Assembly (NCBI GenBank): GCA_900543945.1
Contig: UQTN01000001.1
Location: forward strand, 1 to 63,981
Length of the DNA: 63,981 nt
Reading direction: 5' to 3'
Source: an uncultured Collinsella sp.
Lineage (GTDB): Bacteria > Actinomycetota > Coriobacteriia > Coriobacteriales > Coriobacteriaceae
The notes beneath the pieces were generated by a model. The model ran no database searches, was not told where the DNA came from, and saw only the letters and a list, made by a program, of their open reading frames with translations. Shown in pieces: positions 1-10,082 of the stretch. Each line of letters starts with the position of its first letter. Position 1 is the stretch's first letter. The translations under genes and the position numbers were made by a program.

Positions 1-663
1 AAAGCCGCCGCGACCGCCACGGTCGCCGCCACGGCCACCGCGATCGTCACGGCCGCCGCGAGGACCGCGGTCCTCGTCCAGGCCCATGGCGACGAGCGGA
101 GCGATGACCTTATCGAGAGCAGCCATCAGCTCGGTGGCCTCCTCGTAAGAAAGCTCGGGCAGGAGCTTCTCCTTCTTGTTGGCAAGCTCGACCAGGCCCT
201 CAGCGGCATCCTCGGCAGCAAAGACGACGATCTTGCGCATATCGCCCTCGGCGTCGTCGATGCGGCCGACCAGATCGGCAGCCTCGGCCTCGGCCATCAG
301 GCCATCGAGCTCACGAAGGCGCATGCCCAGCAGGTCGGACATTTCCTTCTGCTCCATCTTGGGCTTGAGGTCAAGAAGCTTGATGGCGCGCTCGATGTTC
401 GCCATGCGCTCGGCCTTGGCCTCCTCCTCCTTGGAAATAGCAAAGCGACGGCTGCGCAGCAGGCGGGCGGCCTTCTGCATCTTGTCCATCAGCTCTTCGT
501 CATCGTAATCAGCGGCGGCCTCGACAACCTCGGCCTCCTCGGCGGAAACCTCGTCAGCAGCCTCAACCTCAGCAGCTTCGGTCTCCACGGTCTCGACTGC
601 CTCGACCTCGGCAGCCATGGTCTCGTTCTCGGTCTCGTTCATGATCTCTTCGTTCTCAGACAT
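1..663 (-). CDS. Hypothetical protein, 3' end outside window; acidic N-terminus, possible MarR-like helical core, RGG-rich tail
   Basis: ATG at 663 preceded by AAGGAG; open frame to window edge: MSENEEIMNETENETMAAEVEAVE...MEQKEMSDLLGMRLRELDGLM...RGPRGGRDDRGGRGGDRGGRGGF. Not in the ORF track because it is truncated. Confidence 0.75.
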   Translation of the reverse strand, partial: MSENEEIMNETENETMAAEVEAVETVETEAAEVEAADEVSAEEAEVVEAAADYDDEELMDKMQKAARLLRSRRFAISKEEEAKAERMANIERAIKLLDLKPKMEQKEMSDLLGMRLRELDGLMAEAEAADLVGRIDDAEGDMRKIVVFAAEDAAEGLVELANKKEKLLPELSYEEATELMAALDKVIAPLVAMGLDEDRGPRGGRDDRGGRGGDRGGRGGF

Positions 664-815
664 GAGACTCCTTCTTGGCCCTCTCGGGCATCATCGCCCC
701 ATTCGCGGGGCCCGTCGCGCACTCTTTGCGCTTTAAACATTCATGCCTCTCGGCAAAACGTCCATTAGTTTATGGTGTCGCCATCCAATCTAGCTGCAGA
801 ATCTATGTGCACACA

Positions 816-2231
816 TTAATGCGACATGTGCGACTCGCGGCGGGCGTACACCAGCGACACCGCGAACCCGGCCACAGCAATCACGGCCGCCACGCGCACG
901 GCAGCCGCAAATCCGATCGCCTGGGCGACGTCCGCCGCAACGCCAGCGGCGCCGGCAACCGCCGCAGAACTCGAGAGCAGGCCGATAAACAGGGACGGGC
1001 CAAACGACGCGGCAATCATGTTCCACGTGTTGAGCAATGCCGTTCCGTGAGGATGCTCAGCGGCGGGCAACGTCTCCAGGCCGGCCGTCTGCGAGGGGCT
1101 CAGCACCAAACCAACACCGGCATACACCACAACAGTCAGCGCCACGACAACACCAATGTTCATGCTTGCCGCGGTCATCGAAATTGCAGCCTGTCCCACA
1201 GCAATCAGGGCAAAGCCGACCGGCAGCAGCGGCCACGCGCCACGGGCATCCATCACGCGTCCGCCCACAATCGAGGTCACAGCGTTGCAGGCAATCGCCG
1301 GCAAAATGAGCAAGCCAGCAACAAGAGCCGTCATGCCGTATGCGCCCTCAAAATAGAGCGGCAGCAAAACGCTCATCGAGAACGTCGTCATCATCGACAC
1401 CACCACAAGCAGGCACGCAGGCCAAAAACGAACGCTTGCCATGGGGCGCACGTTGAGCACCGGATGTCCGAGCTTGAGTTGACGGGCCGTAAAGAGGCCG
1501 AGCAGCACAACGGCGGCGAGAAGCGTCACGATACCGGCCATCACATTGGTCGAGAACTCGCCAACGGAATATACAAACGCCGTGATGCCGGCCGCAAGCA
1601 AAGCAACCGACAGAATATCAAGCTTAGTGTTCGAGCGCTCTCCAACATTTCGAACGAGCTTTGCTGCCGCCGCGGCGACCACGACACCGCCCACCAGCGG
1701 CACTACGAACACCGCCCTCCAGCCAAACAACGTGCACATAAGACCACTGATCACAGGTCCAAACGCCGGCCCCAGCGTAATGTAGGCACCGCCCAGACTC
1801 AGATACAGACCGAGCTTCTCGCGCGGAGCGCAAGATAGCACCACATTCATCATGAGCGGAAACAAGACGCCCGATCCCGCAGCCTGCAAAATGCGACTTG
1901 GCAGCAAGACGGTAAACGCTGGGGCGACCAGGCACAGGACTTCTCCGGCGACCATGCATCCGCATGCGAAAAACAGCAGCCTGCGCGTCGAGAAACGACC
2001 GGAAAGAAAGGCCATGATGGCCGTAAAGATCGACGTCACGATCATGTAGCCCGAAACAAGCCACTGCGCCGTGGTGGCACTCACCGAAAAGGCCGCCATG
2101 ATGTCGTGCAACGCCACGTTAATGATGTTCTCGTTAAACGCGGCAACAAAGGCCGCGATATACATTACGGCGAGAAACGCCGAAGTGGCCGATGGCGCTA
2201 CTTGAACTTGTTGCTGAGATTTGCTCCCCAT
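816..2231 (-). CDS. MFS transporter, DHA2 (LmrB/EmrB-like) drug:H+ antiporter family
   Basis: Many TM segments; AFNENIINVAL, WLVSGYM and GPAFGPVISG motifs; start taken at MGSKSQ after AGGAAGG. Confidence 0.85.
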   Translation of the reverse strand: MGSKSQQQVQVAPSATSAFLAVMYIAAFVAAFNENIINVALHDIMAAFSVSATTAQWLVSGYMIVTSIFTAIMAFLSGRFSTRRLLFFACGCMVAGEVLCLVAPAFTVLLPSRILQAAGSGVLFPLMMNVVLSCAPREKLGLYLSLGGAYITLGPAFGPVISGLMCTLFGWRAVFVVPLVGGVVVAAAAAKLVRNVGERSNTKLDILSVALLAAGITAFVYSVGEFSTNVMAGIVTLLAAVVLLGLFTARQLKLGHPVLNVRPMASVRFWPACLLVVVSMMTTFSMSVLLPLYFEGAYGMTALVAGLLILPAIACNAVTSIVGGRVMDARGAWPLLPVGFALIAVGQAAISMTAASMNIGVVVALTVVVYAGVGLVLSPSQTAGLETLPAAEHPHGTALLNTWNMIAASFGPSLFIGLLSSSAAVAGAAGVAADVAQAIGFAAAVRVAAVIAVAGFAVSLVYARRESHMSH

Positions 2232-2435
2232 GCATTTCCTTCCTCTTGGAACGACCGTCGTATCGCCCCAGAGGAACAGTCCAGGGCGAGGATGAGCCCT
2301 AGACTTACGCCAGACGCCGCACGCGACGAGTCTGGCAACATGGTCCAACGTCGAAAGATTGTAACGCGAACGCGCAGCTTTCCTTCCGCGCTATTATTGA
2401 AAGTCCACGAAAGCATGAGACATGAGGAGCCCTCC

Positions 2436-2846
2436 ATGATTAAGCCCATCATGAAATCCGAGTTCTTTTTGCGCCTGCCTTCCGAAGACGCGGGACCCGA
2501 CGATGCCGCGACCGGGCAGGACCTCCTGGATACGCTCCATGAGCATGAGCACGAGTGCGTGGGGCTCGCCGCCAATATGATTGGCGCGCGCAAACGCATC
2601 ATCTGCGTAAAGGACGGCAACAGGGCGCTGCTGATGTACAACCCTCAAATTCTTGAGCAGGTCAATTCCTATCAGACGAGCGAAGGATGTCTCTCGCTTT
2701 CCGGCGAGCGCCCCTGTACTCGCTATCGCCGCATTAAGGTTGAGTATTTGGACGAGAATTACGTCCACCGCATCAAAAACTTCTCGGGCTACACCGCCGA
2801 GATCATCCAACACGAAATCGACCACTGTTGCGGAATCGTTATTTAG
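2436..2846 (+). CDS. def: Peptide deformylase
   Basis: Motifs CVGLAANMIG, EGCLS and QHEIDH; GAGGAG RBS before ATG 2436. Confidence 0.88.
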   Translation: MIKPIMKSEFFLRLPSEDAGPDDAATGQDLLDTLHEHEHECVGLAANMIGARKRIICVKDGNRALLMYNPQILEQVNSYQTSEGCLSLSGERPCTRYRRIKVEYLDENYVHRIKNFSGYTAEIIQHEIDHCCGIVI

Positions 2847-2861
2847 TTCCGCCGATTCAAG

Positions 2862-2898
2862 AAAGCTCCCTGCAGCAAAACAACTGCAGGGAGCTTTT
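2862..2898. terminator. Bidirectional intrinsic terminator
   Basis: AAAGCTCCCTGCAG...CTGCAGGGAGCTTTT between convergent def and aminotransferase genes. Confidence 0.75.
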
Positions 2899-2921
2899 CA
2901 TAGTGCGGAACTTCTATCCCA

Positions 2922-4442
2922 CTAGCTCTGGCGGTAATGGTCGAAGAAGTCGGCGAGGTCTTCGAGGGACTCTTTGAGCACTTCCATGCGCGGCAGGTAC
3001 ACGATACGGAAGTGGTCGGGCTCAGCCCAGTTAAAGCCGCCGCCGCGCGTGATCAGGATCTTCTTCTCGTGCAGCAGGTCAAGGGCGAACTGCTCGTCAT
3101 CGGTGATGTTGAACTTCTTCACATCCATCTTGGGGAAGATGTAGAACGCCGCGCGCGGCTTAACCACCGAGATGCCGTCGATCTTGTTGAGCGCCTCATA
3201 CACAAAGTTGCGCTGCTCGTAGACACGACCGCCGGGGCGGATGTAGTCATTGACCGACTGATGGCCGCCGAGCGCTGTCTGGACGATCGACTGAGCCGGC
3301 ACGTTGGAGCACAGGCGCATGTTCGAGAGCATGTTGATGCCCATGATGAAGTCGCTCATGCAGCGCTGGTTGCCCGAAAGCACCATCCAGCCAATACGAT
3401 AGCCCGCGATCATGTGCGACTTGGAAAGGCCGCTAAAGGTGACGCAGGGCAGATCAGGAGCGAGCGAGGCAATCGAGACGTGCTCGTAACCGTCCATGCA
3501 CAGGCGGTCGTAGATCTCATCGGCAAAGATCATCAGCTGATGCCTGCGTGCAACCTCGACGATGCCCTCGAGCACCTCGCGCGGATAGACGGAACCCGTG
3601 GGGTTGTTGGGGTTGATGATGACGAGGGCTTTGGTCGCGCTCGTGATCTTGGACTCCATATCCTCCAGGTCGGGATACCAATCCGCCTGCTCATCACACA
3701 AATAGTGAACGGGATGTCCGCCGGCAAGGGTTGCGCACGCCGTCCACAGCGGATAATCGGGGCTGGGGATCAGAATCTCGTCACCGTTATCGAGCAGCGC
3801 GTTCATCGAAAGCTGAATGAGCTCGGACACGCCGTTGCCCGTGTAGATGTGCTCCATCTGAACATTGGGCAGACCCTTGATCTGCGAGTACTGCATGATC
3901 GCCTTGCGCGCGGAGAACAGGCCGCGCGAGTTGGAATAGCCTTCGCAGTCGGGCAGCTGCTGGCGCATGTCCTTAATGACCTCATCGGGCGTGCGGAAAC
4001 CAAAGGGCGCCGGATTACCGATGTTGAGCTTGAGGATGCGCTCGCCCTCGTCCTCCATACGGGCAGCCTCGTCGACGACGGGACCGCGCACGTCATACAG
4101 GACGTTATCGAGCTTGGTGGATTTAGAAAAAGTACGCATGGTGGTGCTCCTTGGAATTTGAGCTGAAGGACTAGGTTCGAATTTGGCAACGTTATGGGAC
4201 GAGGACGTCTCGCCTTGATCGGCGTCACCGGCGAGCAGCCAGGTAACATCGACCTCCAAAATACGGGCGAGCAGCTCTGCCACATCACGCCGCGGAATCG
4301 TCTTGCCGCTCACATATTGGCTCATCTGACTCTTGCCGAGTTTTTTGCCGAGCATCTCCGATGCGCGGATCACGTCCGACTGGCGAACGTCGCGATCGGA
4401 CATAGTCTGTCGCAGGCGATCGCTAAACGTCTCTTGGGCCAC
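2922..4442 (-). CDS. XRE-family HTH fused to class I/II PLP aminotransferase (AlaA/AlaT-like)
   Basis: N-terminal FSDRLRQTM...KSQMSQYVSGKTIP...LARILEVDVTWLL (HTH_3); then YDVRGPV, LKLNIGNPAPFGF, NPNNPTG, DEIY, SKS..IAGYRIGW. GTG start at 4442 after AAGGAGG. Confidence 0.88.
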   Translation of the reverse strand: MAQETFSDRLRQTMSDRDVRQSDVIRASEMLGKKLGKSQMSQYVSGKTIPRRDVAELLARILEVDVTWLLAGDADQGETSSSHNVAKFEPSPSAQIPRSTTMRTFSKSTKLDNVLYDVRGPVVDEAARMEDEGERILKLNIGNPAPFGFRTPDEVIKDMRQQLPDCEGYSNSRGLFSARKAIMQYSQIKGLPNVQMEHIYTGNGVSELIQLSMNALLDNGDEILIPSPDYPLWTACATLAGGHPVHYLCDEQADWYPDLEDMESKITSATKALVIINPNNPTGSVYPREVLEGIVEVARRHQLMIFADEIYDRLCMDGYEHVSIASLAPDLPCVTFSGLSKSHMIAGYRIGWMVLSGNQRCMSDFIMGINMLSNMRLCSNVPAQSIVQTALGGHQSVNDYIRPGGRVYEQRNFVYEALNKIDGISVVKPRAAFYIFPKMDVKKFNITDDEQFALDLLHEKKILITRGGGFNWAEPDHFRIVYLPRMEVLKESLEDLADFFDHYRQS

Positions 4443-4482
4443 AGGAACCTCCTTGCTGGCAAAGTTCAATTTATAGGACACG

Positions 4483-4502
4483 AATTGAACCTGAGTTCAA
4501 TT
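4483..4502. promoter_or_regulatory. Palindromic operator candidate AATTGAAC-N4-GTTCAATT
   Basis: Perfect 8-bp inverted repeat upstream of the HTH-aminotransferase, with extra AAGTTCAATT half-sites near 4462 and 4535. Confidence 0.55.
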
Positions 4503-4605
4503 TAGGCAGCAGTATAGCGCCGTGCTATTTCGAAAAGTTCAATTTCAAAAATAAAATGAGCAAGACCTCGAGATTTATCCCAAGGCGATAACGACGTGCA
4601 CGCAT

Positions 4606-5463
4606 TTAGAGGTATTCGAGGAAACGAGCGGCGGCAAGCGAAACATCGGCCGTTCGATATATGGCGTTGATCTGCCGATGGGGATGCCCTTCGAGCGGAC
4701 GCACAGCAACATCGAACTGGCAGCGACGCAAGATGAGCGCGGGAAGAATGCTCACGCCCAGGCCATCCTCGACCATAGCCATAATCGCATAGTCATCCCA
4801 AGTCGACAGTTTTGAGCGCACCGCCAGCCCCGCCCGACGGAATAGCGGCGTAATCTCGTCATCAGTGCCGCGTTCTAGCAGAATAAACTGCTCGTTGGCT
4901 AAATCGGCAAGAGAAACGACCTCCGCCGTGGCAAGCGAGGAGTCCGCTGGCACCACGGCCATCAACTCGTCTTGCACCAACGGTCGCGACGCCATGCCGG
5001 CGCCGCGTGGCTCGCGCGGAATAAAGCCCAGGTCGCAGCGGCCTTCCGCCACCCATTGCTCAATCTCGGAGTAATCACCCATCAGCAGCTCGTAATCGAC
5101 ATCCGGATGATCGGCGCGAAAGCGCGCAATCACCGGCGGCAGTACATGGGTCGCCACACTCGAAAACGTACCAATGCAGATCTTGCCGCGCATGAGCCCA
5201 CGCATCTCGTCCACGTGTCGCTGCAGGCGGCCAAACTCCTCGCAGAGCGCCTCAACCGCCGGCATGATCTGCCGCCCATCGGCAGAAAGCACCACACCCT
5301 CGCGGCTGCGGTCGAGCACCTTAAAACCCCAATCGGTCTCAAGGTCGCCCACCATGCGGCTCACGCCCGACTGCGAATAGCTCAGCCGCTCGGCGGCGCG
5401 CGTAAAACTGCCGGCCCGCACGGTCTCGAGCAGCACCTGCATCTTTTGAATATTCGTTTCCAC
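4606..5463 (-). CDS. LysR-family transcriptional regulator
   Basis: GSFTRAAERLSYSQSGVSRMVGDLE HTH; divergent from a DMT transporter. Confidence 0.9.
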   Translation of the reverse strand: METNIQKMQVLLETVRAGSFTRAAERLSYSQSGVSRMVGDLETDWGFKVLDRSREGVVLSADGRQIMPAVEALCEEFGRLQRHVDEMRGLMRGKICIGTFSSVATHVLPPVIARFRADHPDVDYELLMGDYSEIEQWVAEGRCDLGFIPREPRGAGMASRPLVQDELMAVVPADSSLATAEVVSLADLANEQFILLERGTDDEITPLFRRAGLAVRSKLSTWDDYAIMAMVEDGLGVSILPALILRRCQFDVAVRPLEGHPHRQINAIYRTADVSLAAARFLEYL

Positions 5464-5580
5464 GGCACCCCTCCACCTTTACATGAGTTTTGTCATGTTA
5501 TCCATGCATTATATTCGCTTTTCTTCTAAAGCCAGTTCACCCATAGTGAACATGCTCGGATATAGAGGGGATGTCAGCAC

Positions 5581-6492
5581 ATGAACAACGGATTGTTTAC
5601 GTACTTAGCAGCATTGCTATTGTTTGGCTCCAACGGCATCATCGCCGCTGCCATCGCGCTGCCGAGCTCCGATATCGTACTGTTGCGCACGTTTTTGGGC
5701 GCTCTCACCCTTGCCGCCATCCTCTTCATAACCAAGCGCCATAACCTGCAGGCTCCGTCTCGCCCCCGCGAGGCCGCAGCGCTCATCGTCTCGGGCGCCG
5801 CGCTGGGCGCCAGCTGGATTTTCCTGTTCCGCGTCTATCAGACGATCGGCGTTGGTATCTCCTCGCTGTTGTATTACTGTGGCCCCATCATCGTTATGGC
5901 CCTCTCCCCGCTCATTTTTGGCGAAAAGCTGACCGGCGGCAAAATCGCTGGCTTTGTCGCCGTCGCCTGCGGTGCTTTTCTCATTGCAGCGCAAGGTCTA
6001 GGCGGCAATATGCCCATTGCGGGCATCGTCTGTGGAATCGCCTCGGCCTTCTGCTATGCATTGATGGTCATCGCCAGCAAGGGTGCGCCGCACATCGAGG
6101 GCCTCGAGAACTCCGCACTCCAAGTGAGCGCCGCCTTTGTGACCGCACTGGCCCTCACGCTCATCACGCAGGGCGCTCCCTCGTTCCTGTCCGCCGGCGT
6201 CGCCGCCAGCATTGATTGGCGCGCCGTCGCTATGCTCGGCGTCGTCAACACCGGCATTGGTTGCCTGCTCTACTTTAGCGCCGTCGCCAAGCTGCCCGTC
6301 CAGACCGTCGCCGTCGTCGGCTACCTCGAGCCGCTTTCGGCGGTCGTGTTCTCGGCCGCCCTTTTGGGTGAAGCCATAACACCGGTCCGCCTGATGGGCG
6401 CCGCGCTTATCATCGGCGGCGCGATTTTTTGCGAACTCGCCGGCAAACGCGCAAACGCCAAGGCTGGCATCGCCCAGACAGCACGTGCTTAA
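5581..6492 (+). CDS. DMT/EamA family transporter
   Basis: About 10 TM segments; two EamA repeats (SPLIFGEKLT, YLEPLSAVVFSAALLGE). Confidence 0.85.
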   Translation: MNNGLFTYLAALLLFGSNGIIAAAIALPSSDIVLLRTFLGALTLAAILFITKRHNLQAPSRPREAAALIVSGAALGASWIFLFRVYQTIGVGISSLLYYCGPIIVMALSPLIFGEKLTGGKIAGFVAVACGAFLIAAQGLGGNMPIAGIVCGIASAFCYALMVIASKGAPHIEGLENSALQVSAAFVTALALTLITQGAPSFLSAGVAASIDWRAVAMLGVVNTGIGCLLYFSAVAKLPVQTVAVVGYLEPLSAVVFSAALLGEAITPVRLMGAALIIGGAIFCELAGKRANAKAGIAQTARA

Positions 6493-6649
6493 AAGCCCCT
6501 GCTTTGAAATGCTACCTGCGTAGATAAATAATCCCCAGCTGAGGATTATTGTCTAAAATAACCCGATGTGCCAAACTGCTCTTGTATGTATAAAGACGGC
6601 ATAAAGTTTTTTGTCCTAGACAGATAACCGGATGTCTAAGGGAGTCCTC

Positions 6650-8878
6650 GTGGCACACAACAAACTGGAGGCAAACCTCCAAGACCAGCGCGGGCAAGGC
6701 GGGCACGGAGCCATCCCCCTCTCCGCTGGCATGCTGCTCGTAACGCTCGGCGTCGTCTATGGCGACATCGGCACGAGCCCCATGTACACCATGAAATCAA
6801 TCGTCGCCAACAACGGCGGCATCGGTACCGTCAGCGAGGACATGATCCTGGGCGCGCTTTCGCTCGTCATCTGGACCATGACGCTCGTGACCACGGTCAA
6901 GTACGTGGTAATCGCCATGAAGGCCGACAACCACAACGAAGGCGGCATCTTCGCCCTGTTCAGCCTCGTACGCAAGGTGGCACCATGGCTGATTCTGCCC
7001 GCCATGATCGGCGGCGCGGCGCTGCTCGCCGACGGCATCCTCACCCCCGCCGTCACGGTCACCACAGCCATCGAGGGTCTGCGCACCATCGAATGGGGCC
7101 ATGCGCTGCTGGGCGACGGCCAGACCAACGTCATCATCATCACCATCATCATTATCTGCGGCCTATTTGCCATGCAGCGCGCCGGCACCTCGTCAATCGG
7201 CAAGCTCTTCGGCCCGCTCATGACGCTGTGGTTCCTGTTCCTGGCAGGCGCCGGTCTGTTCAACATGCTCGGCAACCTGTCCATCTTGCGCGCGCTCAAC
7301 CCCATCCGCGGCATTATGTTCCTGTTCTCGCCCATCAACCATTCGGGCATTATGGTGCTCGGCTTTGTCTTCCTGTCGACAACCGGTGCCGAGGCACTCT
7401 ACTCGGACATGGGCCACGTGGGCAAGGCAAACATCTATGCATCCTGGCCATTTGTTAAGGCGGCCCTTATCCTCAACTATCTGGGTCAGGGAGCTTGGCT
7501 ACTCGCCAATAACTCCAACCCCCAGATGCTCGCGATGGATATCGTCAACCCGTTCTATATGATGCTCCCCGAGCCCCTACGCCCCTTTGCCATCGTGCTT
7601 TCGGCCGTGGCGGCCATCATCGCCTCACAGGCGCTCATCACCGGCTCGTTCTCGCTGGTATCCGAGGCAACGCGCCTCAACCTTATGCCGCACCTGCGCA
7701 TCCACTACCCCAGCGACACCAAGGGCCAGCTCTATATTCCACTCGTCAACAACATCATGTGGGTCGGCTGCATCTTCATTGTGCTGCTGTTCCAGAACTC
7801 CGAGCGCATGGAGAGCGCCTACGGCCTCGCCATTACCGTGACCATGCTTATGACCACCACGCTGCTGACGAGCTATATCGCCGGCATCCTCAAGCACAAG
7901 CTGGGCGCCTGCGTCTTCGCCCTGCTCTTCGGTGCCATTGAGCTGTGCTTCTTCGCCTCGTGCCTCACCATGTTCTTTGACGGCGGCTACGTAATGATCT
8001 TCTTGGCCTCGCTGCTGTTTGGCCTTATGTACGTGTGGCGCCGCGGCACCGCCATCGAGCGCACGCAGACGATCCTGCTGCCCGTCTCCAAGTACATCGA
8101 CCAGCTCAACCGCCTGCGCAACGACGAGACCTACCCCGTGCTCGCCGACAATCTGGTGTTCCTCACCAACAGCCCCGATCCGCTCACGCTCGACCGCGAC
8201 GTGCTCTATTCCATCCTGGACAAACATCCCAAGCGCGCCAAGGCATACTGGTTCATCAACGTGCACGTTACCGATGAACCCTATACGCACGAGTATTCCG
8301 TCGAGACCTTTGGCACGGACTTTTTGTTCCGCGTGCGCCTGGACTTGGGCTTTAAGGTCAACCAGCGCGTTAATGCCTACCTGCGCCAAATCGTCGGCGA
8401 CTTGATGGCATCGGGCGAGCTGCCGCCGCAGCATCACACCTACTCTATCTACGAGACACGCGGCAACGTGGGCGACTTCCGCTTTTGCATGCTGCGCAAG
8501 ATGCTTGCCCCCGAAACGGACATCAACCGCAACGACCATCGCGTCATGGCCATCAAGTACGCCGTCCGCCGCGCCTGCGGAAGCCCGGCACGCTGGTACG
8601 GTCTCGAGAACTCGGCCATCATCATTGAGTACGTACCGCTCTTTGCCCGCATGCGCCCGGCCGTCAAACTTGTGCGCACCCAGGTGCCGCTCGAGGTTCA
8701 GATCGAAGAGGCCGAGGAAATGGAGGTCGACATCTTCTCGGACGACTTGGTCAACGGCAACGAGGCCGGCAAGAGCATGAACGTCGATCCCACCGAGCTG
8801 CTCGAGAGCGTCGCCGATACGCCCGAACAGCAACTCGACGGACTCGAGAGCACCCAGTTCAACGACGCCAACTTCTAA
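6650..8878 (+). CDS. kup: KUP/HAK/KT potassium uptake transporter
   Basis: GVVYGDIGTSPMY, EGGIFAL, DGILTPAVTV and GAEALYSDMGH signatures; GTG start after AAGGGAG. Confidence 0.93.
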   Translation: MAHNKLEANLQDQRGQGGHGAIPLSAGMLLVTLGVVYGDIGTSPMYTMKSIVANNGGIGTVSEDMILGALSLVIWTMTLVTTVKYVVIAMKADNHNEGGIFALFSLVRKVAPWLILPAMIGGAALLADGILTPAVTVTTAIEGLRTIEWGHALLGDGQTNVIIITIIIICGLFAMQRAGTSSIGKLFGPLMTLWFLFLAGAGLFNMLGNLSILRALNPIRGIMFLFSPINHSGIMVLGFVFLSTTGAEALYSDMGHVGKANIYASWPFVKAALILNYLGQGAWLLANNSNPQMLAMDIVNPFYMMLPEPLRPFAIVLSAVAAIIASQALITGSFSLVSEATRLNLMPHLRIHYPSDTKGQLYIPLVNNIMWVGCIFIVLLFQNSERMESAYGLAITVTMLMTTTLLTSYIAGILKHKLGACVFALLFGAIELCFFASCLTMFFDGGYVMIFLASLLFGLMYVWRRGTAIERTQTILLPVSKYIDQLNRLRNDETYPVLADNLVFLTNSPDPLTLDRDVLYSILDKHPKRAKAYWFINVHVTDEPYTHEYSVETFGTDFLFRVRLDLGFKVNQRVNAYLRQIVGDLMASGELPPQHHTYSIYETRGNVGDFRFCMLRKMLAPETDINRNDHRVMAIKYAVRRACGSPARWYGLENSAIIIEYVPLFARMRPAVKLVRTQVPLEVQIEEAEEMEVDIFSDDLVNGNEAGKSMNVDPTELLESVADTPEQQLDGLESTQFNDANF

Positions 8879-8900
8879 CACGCCACCAGCCATTGACGAC

Positions 8901-8938
8901 AACGGCCTCGCATCTCATAAGAGGTGCGAGGCCGTTTT
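8901..8938. terminator. Intrinsic terminator between kup and bsh
   Basis: AACGGCCTCGCATCTC...GAGGTGCGAGGCCGTTTT hairpin. Confidence 0.7.
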
Positions 8939-8959
8939 ATGTCGCAACGGACCAGTGAG

Positions 8960-9925
8960 CTACGAACGACGCGGCTCGGGAACCACGAGCCTATCGGGGC
9001 TCGCGCCCTCGGCATCCATCAGGCTCACGTAACGAATCGACGGATCCCCATACATCGCGTAGTAATAATTGCCCGTGCGCGCGCTAAAGCATCCGGTATA
9101 GATAGTCTTCTCGAACTTGCCATCGCCCATCCTGGACGCCCCCTCAATCATCACCACGCCCTCGAGCGAGCGGAACATGCGAACGACGTTTTCGGTCTCG
9201 CTCTCCTTTTGCGGGTAATTGGCATTGAGGTACGCCGCCTTTACAAAACGGCTCGGCGAATAGCAATCGCCCGGAATGCCGCGCATGCCGGCACCGGCTC
9301 CATAGGGCTTAAGCTCGGCGCCACGCCATGTCGCCGTCTGCGGAAAATCGTTTGAGGCGGTGATATAGGTGCGCAGGTTTTCCATATGCCACGGGAAGGT
9401 CGGCTGATTGGCAAGGGTATCGACCGGATCGTCGTACACATGCAGGCCGTCGGCCATCATCTCGACCACGATGCTGCGCTCGCCGTCGCCGATAATCCAA
9501 TGGAGCAGCGACACGCCCAGCCCCTCTCCTGCAGATTTGGCAACAATCACCGTATCGTGCAACGCAGCCTCGACCTCGTCGACCGTCGAGAACGTCGCTG
9601 CCACCCACAGGGGAAACTCATAGGCTGCGATATTGGTCTTGCCGTCGGCAGGATCCTCGGCATACTCGGCATAACCCGGGAAATTGAGACCCGCCACGGC
9701 GAGGCCCGCATCGTTGCCGCAGTCGAAGAACATGGGGTAGTTCTTGTAATCGATGCACATGCCGATCACCGCGTGTGCCGCTGTCGCGTCGTCGATAAAC
9801 GAATACGGAATGTGAAACCCGCGCGGCATCACGCGAACCTGTTGGCCGTAGTCAAAGCTCCAGTCGAGGTTACGGCCCAGATACATGTGGCCAGAATTAT
9901 CGGTAAATCGAATGCTCGTGCACAT
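8960..9925 (-). CDS. bsh: Choloylglycine hydrolase (bile salt hydrolase / penicillin V acylase family)
   Basis: N-terminal nucleophile MCTSIRF, GRNLDW, NDAGLAVAGLNFPGYA, ANQPTF, GIPGDCYSPSRFVKA; AGGAGG RBS. Confidence 0.88.
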   Translation of the reverse strand: MCTSIRFTDNSGHMYLGRNLDWSFDYGQQVRVMPRGFHIPYSFIDDATAAHAVIGMCIDYKNYPMFFDCGNDAGLAVAGLNFPGYAEYAEDPADGKTNIAAYEFPLWVAATFSTVDEVEAALHDTVIVAKSAGEGLGVSLLHWIIGDGERSIVVEMMADGLHVYDDPVDTLANQPTFPWHMENLRTYITASNDFPQTATWRGAELKPYGAGAGMRGIPGDCYSPSRFVKAAYLNANYPQKESETENVVRMFRSLEGVVMIEGASRMGDGKFEKTIYTGCFSARTGNYYYAMYGDPSIRYVSLMDAEGASPDRLVVPEPRRS

Positions 9926-10082
9926 AGCGCCTCCTAGCTTTACGTTCCTGCTAAGGTTATTGTCACCAAACAAAAAGGCGCTAAACACAAAAGCCCGGAC
10001 ATGACAACAATGTCACGCCCGGGACAAAAGCACAGGTTCAATCCCCGATCAAATCACTCGACCGGAAATAACCGAACAGGTC

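Noticed and set aside
6493..6649. c-di-AMP (ydaO) riboswitch upstream of kup
   Set aside because: Short AT-rich region lacking the GCUGAAUCC...GGAAC...GGGG consensus.
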